Positions 20,493 through 29,233 of a DNA stretch of 32,000 nt are shown here, piece by piece. Numbering within the stretch: the first letter of the stretch is position 1; the number at the start of each line of letters is the position of its first letter. Source of the DNA: Blochmannia endosymbiont of Camponotus nipponensis (GTDB lineage Bacteria; Pseudomonadota; Gammaproteobacteria; Enterobacterales; Enterobacteriaceae); NCBI RefSeq assembly GCF_009827135.1, contig NZ_CP046534.1, positions 420,001-452,000 on the forward strand, in the 5' to 3' direction. The position numbers and the translations under genes were made by a program. The notes below the pieces were generated by a model. The model worked only from the letters and a program-made list of their open reading frames with translations. It made no database searches and was not told the DNA's origin.

Positions 20493-20527
20493 TTATACCA
20501 TAAAAATTATCGATTTTTATGGTATAA
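20493..20527. repeat. 15-bp perfect inverted repeat about 30 nt upstream of the coaBC start
   Basis: ttataccataaaaat (20493-20507) pairs with atttttatggtataa (20513-20527), with a 5-nt loop tatcg. I verified every pair. Confidence 0.6.
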
Positions 20528-20898
20528 ATAAAATTAATCAATTTTTTATTAAACGAAAATTTCAGGAAAATTTATTATAATATTATTGTGTATAACGTAA
20601 TATCTCCATATAATACGCTTTAACTATTTTATATAAAGAATTTTATATATATATATAGTGATAATTTAAATTTGTGACTGTAATTCTCTTGTTTTATACA
20701 TACTTGTTATTTAAATTTTTAGAGTTATTTGTTATTTGTATTAATACTGAAGAATGAAGATGTAAATCAGTAATTATTATATATTTATCAAATCTCAATT
20801 AGATGATCAATAATGTAAACATTTATGAAATTTATAAATAGTTATGAATAGAAATTGTTTTTGATGCTGATGTAGGATGGTTATGCATGATATCTATT

Positions 20899-20904
20899 AG
20901 GAGG
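20899..20904 (+). promoter_or_regulatory. Shine-Dalgarno sequence of rpmB
   Basis: A perfect AGGAGG lies 6 nt upstream of the ATG at 20911. That ATG begins [10 protein letters not shown], matching the E. coli L28 N-terminus. Confidence 0.7.
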
Positions 20905-20910
20905 ATAAAT

Positions 20911-21141
20911 ATGGCGCGAGTATGTCAGATTACTGGAAAAAGTCCAATGAGAGGAAATAAACGTTCTCATGCAATGAATGCAACTAAACGTTGGTTTGCA
21001 CCTAATATTCATTCTCATCGTTTTTGGATAGCAAGTCAGAATCGTTTCTTTGTATTACGGATATCTGCTAAAGGTATGCGATTAATTGATAAATTAGGGG
21101 TTGAATATTTTTTCTCTAAAATATATTCTAAACATAAATAA
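20911..21141 (+). CDS. rpmB: 50S ribosomal protein L28
   Basis: [39 protein letters not shown]...[12 protein letters not shown] parallels E. coli L28. The upstream in-frame ATG at 20887 would add 8 non-homologous residues and lacks an SD. Confidence 0.93.
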   Translation: MARVCQITGKSPMRGNKRSHAMNATKRWFAPNIHSHRFWIASQNRFFVLRISAKGMRLIDKLGVEYFFSKIYSKHK

Positions 21142-21161
21142 TATTTCACAGGTACAATGTA

Positions 21162-21332
21162 ATGGCTAAAGAAACAAGAGAAACCATTTGTTTATTTTCT
21201 TCCTCTAATAATGGACATTTTTATAGTACTACAAAAAATAAACGAACTAATCCTAATAAAATAAAATTAAACAAGTTTGATCCTTATATACGAAAACATG
21301 TAGTATATATAGAAGCTAAAAATAGTAAATAG
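21162..21332 (+). CDS. rpmG: 50S ribosomal protein L33
   Basis: This 56-codon ORF is not in the supplied track because it is under 60 aa. I translated it by hand as [57 protein letters not shown]. coli L33 reads [55 protein letters not shown]. It starts 20 nt after rpmB. Confidence 0.9.
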   Translation: MAKETRETICLFSSSNNGHFYSTTKNKRTNPNKIKLNKFDPYIRKHVVYIEAKNSK

Positions 21333-21440
21333 TTGTATTATGTTAGTTTGCATATTTTAATAATGTATTGCACTATGCTGTGATTCAATACAAATAAGAA
21401 CATCTGATATTTTGCCTGAGATGATTAAAGGATAAAACTG

Positions 21441-21536
21441 CCACATAAAAATTGTAGGCTTTCTTCACGTATTGTCCATAGTATAATATTAGTCAAATGA
21501 TAATTACAGTTTGTGTGCAGAATATATGAATTATAA
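21441..21536 (+). pseudogene. mutM: possible relic of the 3' end (zinc-finger region) of mutM/fpg
   Basis: Hand translation in one frame gives ...KNCRLSSRIVHSIILVK**LQFVCRIYEL*. The E. coli MutM C-terminus is ...[28 protein letters not shown]. Shared features are CR, then F.CR 21 codons later (20 in E. coli), and a stop within 1-2 codons of the E. coli stop. Position and strand after rpmG are as expected. There are two in-frame stops and the identity is weak. Confidence 0.3.
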
Positions 21537-21555
21537 TGTTTATAGATATAGGATT

Positions 21556-22071
21556 TTAAAGATTAGGCAGGATCTGTTTTGTTTTTGAAGTATTATGTAA
21601 TTTTTCTATAACTTTTTCAGCAATAAAATTAGGGATAAAATTATCTATTTTTCCTCCGTATTGTGCTATTTCTTTTACTAATTTAGAAGAAAGATATGTC
21701 CATATACCTGTCGATATCATAAACATAGTTTCTACTTCATGTTCGAGATAATGATTAATTTTTGCAAGCTGTATTTCATATTCAAAATCTGATCTAGTTC
21801 TTAAACCACGAATTAAGATATTTATTCTTTTTTCTTTCATCACGTTTATTGCTAGATCATTAAATCCAAATACTGTTACATTAGTTAATGTTTTAGTTGC
21901 TTGTTTTGCTAATATTACACGTTCTTCAAGACTAAATAGGGGATTTTTTTGTGGATTTTCAGCGATCGCTAAAAAAATTTTATCGAAAATTTTATGAGAT
22001 CTAATGATTATATCTAAATGTCCATAAGTTAATGGATCGAAAGTGCCTGGATACATAGCCTGAATTGTCAT
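21556..22071 (-). CDS. coaD: phosphopantetheine adenylyltransferase
   Basis: 171-aa ORF with YPGTFDP.T.GH.DII, the IRGLR...DFEYE.QLA signature and SS.LVKEIA. It is collinear with E. coli CoaD. Confidence 0.92.
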   Translation of the reverse strand: MTIQAMYPGTFDPLTYGHLDIIIRSHKIFDKIFLAIAENPQKNPLFSLEERVILAKQATKTLTNVTVFGFNDLAINVMKEKRINILIRGLRTRSDFEYEIQLAKINHYLEHEVETMFMISTGIWTYLSSKLVKEIAQYGGKIDNFIPNFIAEKVIEKLHNTSKTKQILPNL

Positions 22072-22614
22072 GATATATAAATAATTGCTTTCTAGTAAAT
22101 TAGAATATGGGAGATTACAAAATAGGTATATTCAAATACAATATACTGTACTAAATTTTGTTGATTTTGCAATATAATTTATGTTGAAAATCGATATTTC
22201 TAACGCTCGTAATGATCGTATTTTGGATAATATGGACGTATACAATACGTTATTACTATAATATTTTAGTCATTTTTTATAAATCTAATAAAATGTAATA
22301 ATTATTAAAATATTATATGTGTATCTAATAGCAGTATCATAAAAAAATTTTTATATTATGCAGTTAATTTAATTTTTTATAAAAATTATATATCTTTAAA
22401 ATAAAAGTGATTCTAACATTATGTATATATAATGTTGTATATATATTTTTAACAGTTGAACAAATTCTTTTGATTTAATAAAAATCGGTAAAAATTATTT
22501 ATTTATTAGTATTGTTCATAAATAAAAGATACGATTATATTAAAGTATGTTGCAACACTCTATTTTTTTTCAATTTTGTAATTTCATTTTATATTATAAA
22601 TTGAGTTAACACAG

Positions 22615-22656
22615 AAATATTGATAACATGTATATAAATATATGTTATCAATATTT
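22615..22656 (-). terminator. candidate hairpin about 55 nt downstream of the waaA stop
   Basis: A 15-bp perfect stem (aaatattgataacat 22615-22629 / atgttatcaatattt 22642-22656) with a 12-nt spacer. No clean U-run follows on the minus strand, so a terminator function is uncertain. Confidence 0.25.
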
Positions 22657-22711
22657 GTTATATTAGCAAATTACAACATATAAAATGTTTATAATTTATT
22701 AATATGGTAGA

Positions 22712-24010
22712 TTATCTTTCAATTAGTAAATAATTATCTAATAAATATAATAATTGTTGTAGTGCTCCTTGATTGTGTTTAAGCACTTTAATAGCTCTAT
22801 AACCATAGTTCAAGCGACATTGTTGGTTTGTTAGTAACATAATAACAGCTTTTACTAAGGATTCTGTGTCAGTTACTGTAATTAATCCATTTGATTCATG
22901 TAATTTAACGCAAATGTCATGAAAATTAAAAGTATACGGTCCCATAATTAATGGAATAGAATGTGCTGCTGGTTCCAATGGATTATGGCCTCCATGATTT
23001 ACTAAGCTACCTCCAACAAAGGCTATATCTGAAATACCGTATAGTAACATTAATTCTCCTATAGTATCATTAATGATTACTTGTGTTTTTTTAGATGGAG
23101 TAATTCCACTGCTTCTCATGATGTAGGATAATCCTGCTTGTTCAGTCATGTTTTTAACATTAATAAAACGTTCTGGATGCCGTGGAGCTAAAATCATCAA
23201 TAAATTAGGAAATTTTGTTAAAAGATGTTTATGGGCTTGCAATAACAATATTTCTTCTCCTGCGTGAGTGCTGCTAGCTATCCAAACTTGTCGTTTTTTA
23301 ATCCAAGTTTTTTTTAAAAATGAAATTTTATTTAATAAATCTTGAGTCATTGCAATATCAAATTTTAAATTACCTGTAATAAACAATTGATTTTTTTTTA
23401 ATCCTAATTTAAGAAATCGGGAAGCATCCTCTTTATTTTGAGCAGCAATTAAAGCGATACGTTCCATTATTAATGAAACAAAAGAACTGAATTTCTTGTA
23501 CCCAATAAAGGAGCGAAATGATAGACGTGCATTAGCAATAATAAAAGGAATATTACGTTGATATAATATATTTATAAGATTTGGCCATAGTTCAGTTTCC
23601 ATGACAATAACCAATCTAGGTCTAATTTGATTAATAAAACGTTTCATAGAACCAGGTAAATCGTAAGGTAAATAACCACAATGTATTATATTATGACTGA
23701 ATTTAGATTGTGCTAATTCTATGCCTGTTGGAGTCATCGCAGTTAAAGTAATAGTTATTTTTGGATAACGTTGTTGTAGAGCATGTATTAGAGGAATGGC
23801 TGTTAGTGTTTCTCCAAGGGATACGGCATGTAAAACAATACCATCAGATTTGATAGGTTTTTGGTAAAATCCATACCGTTCTAACCAACGCTTACGATAT
23901 AACGGAGTCCGCCTACTACGCCATAGTAATCGTATCCATATTATAGGCTGTGCGATATACATAATGATACTATATATTGAAATATATAGTACAAATATAT
24001 AATATTTCAA
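22712..24010 (-). CDS. waaA: Kdo transferase WaaA (KdtA)
   Basis: 432-aa ORF, collinear with E. coli WaaA. Motifs: QP.IWIRL, YRKRW.ERYGFY, H.VS.GETL, METELWPNLI, ANARLS.RS, LAPRHPERF and GGSLV..GGHNPLEPAAH. The longest ORF begins with TTG at 24010. The first ATG (23962) would cut the N-terminal membrane helix, so the start is uncertain. Confidence 0.9.
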   Translation of the reverse strand: MKYYIFVLYISIYSIIMYIAQPIIWIRLLWRSRRTPLYRKRWLERYGFYQKPIKSDGIVLHAVSLGETLTAIPLIHALQQRYPKITITLTAMTPTGIELAQSKFSHNIIHCGYLPYDLPGSMKRFINQIRPRLVIVMETELWPNLINILYQRNIPFIIANARLSFRSFIGYKKFSSFVSLIMERIALIAAQNKEDASRFLKLGLKKNQLFITGNLKFDIAMTQDLLNKISFLKKTWIKKRQVWIASSTHAGEEILLLQAHKHLLTKFPNLLMILAPRHPERFINVKNMTEQAGLSYIMRSSGITPSKKTQVIINDTIGELMLLYGISDIAFVGGSLVNHGGHNPLEPAAHSIPLIMGPYTFNFHDICVKLHESNGLITVTDTESLVKAVIMLLTNQQCRLNYGYRAIKVLKHNQGALQQLLYLLDNYLLIER

Positions 24011-25712
24011 AGTGGTCAGTTAATACATGTATTGTTATTAATTTAATTATTTTATATATATTTAATTATATATCAATATGGTTATGGCTCATTGAATATA
24101 TTTCAATGATCTGTTTTTAAATAAATTAAAATAATGTGTTTAAAGCAACTATTTATGTTATCTCTGTTGTTTTAATTTTATACTATAAATACTTTTTTAC
24201 TTAAAAAGTAGAACAAAATTTATAAACTTTTGTAAAAAAATCACATTTTTATATTGTGTAGATAAAACTATTAGTTACTTATTATTACTTTGTGTAATAA
24301 TTCAATTAATTTGTTAGTTATGTTTATAATTGGTAAAAAATGATGCTATTAATATTACATATATAAAAATAAATTATATTATAGATCATAAATAAATTAA
24401 TTCTTCATAAGTTTGATAATTATCATATTAATTAGTATAAATACAATATATATTGTGTAGAAAAGTTCCATTTTTGTCTTGATAATTTGTTTGAATTTTA
24501 GGTACATATTTCATTGTTGATCTAAAATTTATTAGATAGTTATAGTATGTTCAATAATATTGATACATTGAAATAATTTTATAATTTTATTAATATGTGT
24601 GAGTAAAGTAAGAACTATTTTTTAAAATAGTTTTTCGTTTGCTGTATAATACGTATTATGTTTGAAGAAAAGATTAATTTATTTAAAATTTATAAGGACA
24701 CAAAAATAAAAAATATTAATTTTTTTAATATTATATTGATGTATAAATGTACTGTATTTAATTATTTAATATTAAATAATAGTTCTATTATTACAAAAAG
24801 GTAATTTGACTTATTTAGTAAGTAACATTGCAATTAACTTGCATATTGTAATATGGAGTTTTATTTACACGATAATTAATATCAGGTAAATTTTTTAATT
24901 AAAATTACGTATATTTCTTATTTCTTGTCTGAAATGAAAAATGATCAATTATTTGTATAAGCGTACATTATGTTAAAGCATTTTATTTTTTAGTATTTTT
25001 AATGTTTGGAATAATTATTGTGTATAAAATAGCATATTTTTATTTACATTAAAAGTGCAAAAATAATTTTGTATTTAATGATAATTAAATAATAGTATGT
25101 AATAGTTTTATGTGGTCATACAATTATTAATGTGATTTTTATTGTAAAATATTGCAACTTAAACTATATATATAAATAAACATTAATTATATTTATATAA
25201 TATATTGTGTATGTAAGTATGTATATTACCGATTGTATCTATTAATTATATTTATGCGATGAGATCTGATTAATAAAATTAAGTATAGTAATTTTATTTA
25301 TACATTACTGAATGTATATTTGTGCATATGGATACAGCAACATCATTGATTTCAATTTAATAATTTTTATTATTGCAAAGGTAGTGAATTACATTAATTA
25401 GTTTTATTAAAAATTTAATAATAAAGACATGTTATTATGTATTTAAACATTAAATCCAATAGTTATGAGTAATTTATAATTGGGTATTGTGTTATTTGAA
25501 TAAAAATAATGATATATATTTATAAATATATATCATGTTTTGGATGTTGAATGGTATTGGAGAATGATCGTATATATATAAAGTGTATATGTTAAAATTA
25601 TAATAAGTGGTAATATTATTTTTCAACAAATATTAATTTGCAATTAGTTATGGTACAGTTATTATAAAAACTGTAATCAATACAATTAAAATGTTTTTAG
25701 AATATTTTAAAT

Positions 25713-26669
25713 TTAAATTTTTTGAAATGCTTTCCAAACTTGGATGGGAGTTAAATGTTTCATTTTTTTAGTGGAAGATTGTAAAGTAACTTGGTTATGT
25801 CCATATGTTCCAATTAATTTAGGGTTAGTTGGTCCATATAATGTTATATTAGGACAATCGAGCGCCGCTGTTAAATGGCTCAGTCCGGTGTCAACAGATA
25901 TTACTGCTGTTGCTCCAGAAATTTGAAGAGCAATTTCTTTTAGTGTCATTTTTGGTAATGTTATTATTTTTTTGCTGCATAGTGTTGCTAATCGGTTGGC
26001 ACGAAATTCTTCATTTTTTGACCAAAAAGGTAATTTGATGCAATATCCTGCATTAATAGCATATTGTGCAATAATATTCCAATTAAATTCTGGCCAATGT
26101 TTCTTAGATTTGGTAGTAGAATGAAAAAATATTAAATAAGGGGGATTACTTTTTTGAAGTGGAAATAAGTGATTAATATTGTATTTCCCTATATAAGACG
26201 GTGCAGGATATTGCAAACTGAGAGAAAAAAGTTGTCTAATGCGTTCTACAGCGTGTTGATTTGTATTGATATAATATTGGTTATGATACATCCAGGAACT
26301 GATGGGTTCCCGGGCACTTGCGTAGTCCATTCCATGTTTTTTACCGCGTGTAATACATGTTATTAATAATGATGTCTTTAATAAACCCTGTGCATCAATA
26401 ATTACGTCATATTCTTTTTTTTTTAATTGTGTGATACATTTATGATATTTTTTCCATGAAGAAAATTTATACCAATTTTTTATCCAAAATCTAAGGTTTA
26501 TAGGAATAATATGATGTATTGCTGGATGCCAATTAAGAATCTCTGAAAAAGTTTCTTCTACAACCCAGTCAAATAATATATTTGGTATAGCATTTGATGC
26601 ATCAGTAACTGCAGGTAAAGTGTGTATTATATCACCCATAGAAGAAATTTTTATGATCAAAACTCTCAT
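25713..26669 (-). CDS. waaC: ADP-heptose:LPS heptosyltransferase I
   Basis: 318-aa ORF, collinear with E. coli WaaC (319 aa). Motifs: MRVLI.K.SSMGD..HTLPA.TDA, FDWVVEE, DAQGL.K, HAVER.R.LF, KHWPE, VSVDTGLSHLTAALD.PNIT.YGPT.P.LIG.YG. Confidence 0.9.
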   Translation of the reverse strand: MRVLIIKISSMGDIIHTLPAVTDASNAIPNILFDWVVEETFSEILNWHPAIHHIIPINLRFWIKNWYKFSSWKKYHKCITQLKKKEYDVIIDAQGLLKTSLLITCITRGKKHGMDYASAREPISSWMYHNQYYINTNQHAVERIRQLFSLSLQYPAPSYIGKYNINHLFPLQKSNPPYLIFFHSTTKSKKHWPEFNWNIIAQYAINAGYCIKLPFWSKNEEFRANRLATLCSKKIITLPKMTLKEIALQISGATAVISVDTGLSHLTAALDCPNITLYGPTNPKLIGTYGHNQVTLQSSTKKMKHLTPIQVWKAFQKI

Positions 26670-26692
26670 GATGATTTTATTTATTGATTAAA

Positions 26693-27732
26693 TTAATGTA
26701 GTAATGTTTTTAGCGCTTTTAAAACTTGTTCTGGAGTAATATTGATTAGACTATGATGATAATCATATAGACTGTAGTTTTTCTTCATGGTATGATTTTC
26801 TTGAATGTGCTGGATTACAACAGATCGAGAGGATAAAGGTGGAGTGAATTTAGGATTGCTAGGACCGTATAATCCAACTACAGGGCGTTTTAATGCACAG
26901 GCTATATGCAACAAGCCAGAATCATTACTAATAATTCCTTTACATGCTGCTAAAATAGCAATAGCTTCGTTTAATGATGTAGTTCCTATAAGATTGTTCC
27001 AGTGTTGTTTTAAATTCTTAAGAATGCTGTACTCAAAATATTTATTAATTAGTTGATCTTTAGATGACCCTAAAATCACTACATGATATCCATAATCAAT
27101 CAGTTGCAAGGCTAACGTTATGTAATGATAATGTGGCCAGCGCTTAGCTAATCCAAATGCTGCACCCGGGCATAAGCCAATCAGTAATTTTCTGTGATTG
27201 TTTAAATTGAATTTGCACAATACATCTACGATTTCTTTTTTTTTATGTCTAGTTGAGGCCATGGCAGGGGGTTAGGTAAATTAAAAAATTGTTTTATAGT
27301 ATTATGATCATACGCTAAAGCGGCATAACGTTGTACCATTAACGGCAACAATGTTTTGTCAAGTATTCTTAAGTCATTTAACACGCCGTATCTCATTTCT
27401 CCACGCCATCCCGTTCGAATCGGGATATCTGCGAAAAATGGTATTAGAGCGGATTTAAAAGAATTAGGTAATATTATTGCTTGTTGATATTTTTCTTTTT
27501 TTAAAAATTTTATGAGACGATAACATTTCGGTAATTCTAATACTCCATGTTCATAAGGAGTGAATAATGTTCGATTAACTTCAGGTATATGATTAAATAG
27601 ATCTTTACACCATGTTGGGGTAATTACGTCAATTTTTATATTGGAAGCATATTTTTTAATAAGTAAGCGATACAGACTATGTGATATGATGGTATCACCG
27701 ATCCATGAAGGACTAATAATTAATATTTTCAC
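26693..27732 (-). pseudogene. waaF: ADP-heptose:LPS heptosyltransferase II, interrupted by a single frameshift in an A9 tract (possibly still functional through slippage)
   Basis: ORF 27226..27732 corresponds to WaaF residues 1 to about 165 (MKILIISPSWIGD..., PNSFKSALIPFFA.IP.RTGWRGEMRYG.LND). ORF 26693..27262 corresponds to the rest (CPGAAFGLAKRWPHYHY, NDSGLLH, YGPSNPKFTPPLS, YHHSLI.ITP..V). The two frames overlap only across the homopolymer at 27236-27244. Confidence 0.88.
27236..27244 (-). repeat. A9 homopolymer (T9 on the + strand) at the waaF frameshift site
   Basis: I counted it directly: t27236-t27244, flanked by c27235 and a27245. A10 would join the two waaF frames as ...PQLDIKKKEIVDV... 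Confidence 0.9.
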
Positions 27733-27747
27733 AATTTAATGTTTTAT

Positions 27748-28713
27748 TTATTGTATATTATAATGATCAATATCATTGCATGATAACCAGTTTAAATATT
27801 GACGTACACCTTGATTAATATTAATGAATTGCTTATGGTAACCTGCTTTTTTTAATTGAGACAGATTTGCCTGCGTAAATACTTGATAATGATCCCGTAT
27901 TTTTTTTGGTATAGAAATATATTTAATAGTTATATTGCTATTTAAAGAACTTAACACAATATTGGTGATTGAATCAAATGATTCGGATTGACCAGTTCCA
28001 CAATCGAAAATTCCAGATATGTTATTACTCCAAGCCCAAAGATTTATGTCAACTATATCTTCAACATGGATGAAATCTCGTTGTAACTGTTTACTTCCAG
28101 TAAACAGTTTTGGATTTTTTTTATTTTTAATTTGTTTATATAATTGAAATATTATACTTGCCATGTTACCTTTATGCGCTTCATAGGGCCCATAAACATT
28201 AAAGTATCTTAATCCACAAACTTGAGATGTAACTTTAGGTAAAATAGTACGTATATATTGATCAAATAAATATTTAGAATAGCTATATATATTTATGGGT
28301 TGCTCGTGTTTCTGAGAGCTTAGAATCATACTAGTATTTTTTCCGTATACTGATGCGGAAGAAGCGTATATAAAGGGAATATTGTATTTGATACAATAAA
28401 TCAATAAATCTTTAGAATATTGATAATTATTTTCCATCAAGTACTTACCGTTCCATTCAGTAGTAGAAGAACAAGCTCCTTCATGGAATACTACATCTAT
28501 ATCTTTAATATAAGAATTGATAGAATTATTAAGTAGATTTTTAATAAATAAATTTTTATCCATATAGTCTGAAATATATAAATTTGTTAAATTTTTATAT
28601 TTTCTACCATTTTTTAGGTTATCTACTACTAGAATATTGTTATATGAAATTTTATTTAATGCTTTAATAATATTACAACCGATAAACCCTGCTCCACCAG
28701 TTACTATAATCAT
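27748..28713 (-). CDS. hldD: ADP-L-glycero-D-manno-heptose 6-epimerase
   Basis: MIIVTGGAGFIG.NI.KALN (Rossmann GxxGxxG), FHEGACSSTTEW.GKY.M.NNYQYSK, YSK.LFD.Y, RYFNVYGP.E.HKG.MAS and GTG...SF are collinear with E. coli HldD. The ORF is open to 28740, but the 9 extra residues have no homolog; the ATG at 28711-28713 matches the E. coli start. Confidence 0.92.
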   Translation of the reverse strand: MIIVTGGAGFIGCNIIKALNKISYNNILVVDNLKNGRKYKNLTNLYISDYMDKNLFIKNLLNNSINSYIKDIDVVFHEGACSSTTEWNGKYLMENNYQYSKDLLIYCIKYNIPFIYASSASVYGKNTSMILSSQKHEQPINIYSYSKYLFDQYIRTILPKVTSQVCGLRYFNVYGPYEAHKGNMASIIFQLYKQIKNKKNPKLFTGSKQLQRDFIHVEDIVDINLWAWSNNISGIFDCGTGQSESFDSITNIVLSSLNSNITIKYISIPKKIRDHYQVFTQANLSQLKKAGYHKQFININQGVRQYLNWLSCNDIDHYNIQ

Positions 28714-29233
28714 ACATCGCTCATATAATTGCAGATACATTAAGTATAATTTATATATATATATTTTAATATATTCTAAATATTATTATATTTCCAAATT
28801 TAGTATTTATTTTATCTATTTAATCAGAAGTTGTTATATATAACCGTATATTATGTCATTAATGTATCATTATGGGAAATAAATATTTCCCCATAGAACA
28901 ACTATTTTTTATATTTAATTAATAAAAAGCTGAAAAGTGCATCAAGAAATAATATATCTTTTTTATATATTCTTAAAATATATTAGTTTTTGTCACAGTG
29001 AAAATATATTATTTTTTTAAAATTTTTATGGTATAATGTGATGTCTTTTTTTATGTTTGATATTGAATGTTGTTTTTATTGTTTTTATCTAAACATTATT
29101 AAATTAAAAAATATGTATTAATGAAATTTTTCATAATTATTCATAATATTGTTGAGTCATTAAAGACTGTATTATTGTGTATGATGCAGATACGTTTCAT
29201 GTCTAGTATTATTTTTAATAGGTCTCATAATCC

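Noticed and set aside
20887-20910. Longer N-terminal extensions offered by the ORF track: rpmB from 20887, hldD to 28740, grxC from 29683, secB from 29984, dut to 19272
   Set aside because: In each case the extra residues have no counterpart in the E. coli ortholog. An internal start reproduces the orthologous N-terminus (MARVCQ, MIIVTGGAGFIG, MAYIEIY, (M)[15 protein letters not shown]). For rpmB the internal ATG also has a perfect AGGAGG.
22222-22230. tttggataa, an 8/9 match to a DnaA box (TGTGGATAA)
   Set aside because: It is a single imperfect box with no cluster, no adjacent 13-mer-type repeats and no GATC enrichment. That is insufficient for an origin call.
25509-25536. Perfect 28-bp palindrome atgatatatatttataaatatatatcat downstream of waaC
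   Set aside because: It is built largely from (TA)n-like low-complexity sequence, where self-complementarity is automatic. The expected chance frequency is of order 1 per window. I noted it but do not treat it as a feature.
25744-26366. Two + strand ORFs (60 aa and 65 aa) inside waaC
   Set aside because: Antisense shadow ORFs within a well-conserved heptosyltransferase gene.
26805-27056. 83-aa + strand ORF inside the C-terminal half of waaF
   Set aside because: It is antisense to conserved WaaF sequence. No homology.
27408-27426. atcccgttcgaatcgggat, resembling a tRNA T-arm (GTTCGAATC) with a flanking stem
   Set aside because: It lies inside the waaF coding frame, encoding the conserved PIRTGWRGE block. 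No acceptor or anticodon arms can be built around it.
28637-28843. 68-aa + strand ORF across the hldD start
   Set aside because: It is antisense to the hldD Rossmann motif and then runs into A/T spacer. The peptide is low-complexity and Y/I-rich.
28871-28895. G/C-containing hairpin tatgggaaat-aaat-atttcccca(ta) in the hldD-yibN divergent spacer
   Set aside because: The stem is only 7 bp plus a bulge, with no U-run on either strand and no upstream gene to terminate. It may be a relic of the lost kbl...gpmM interval, but this cannot be tested here.
29029-29037. TGgTATAAT extended -10-like sequence about 200 nt upstream of yibN
   Set aside because: TATAAT-like hexamers are abundant in these spacers and the -35 region is poor (ttattt). 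It cannot be supported as a promoter from sequence alone.
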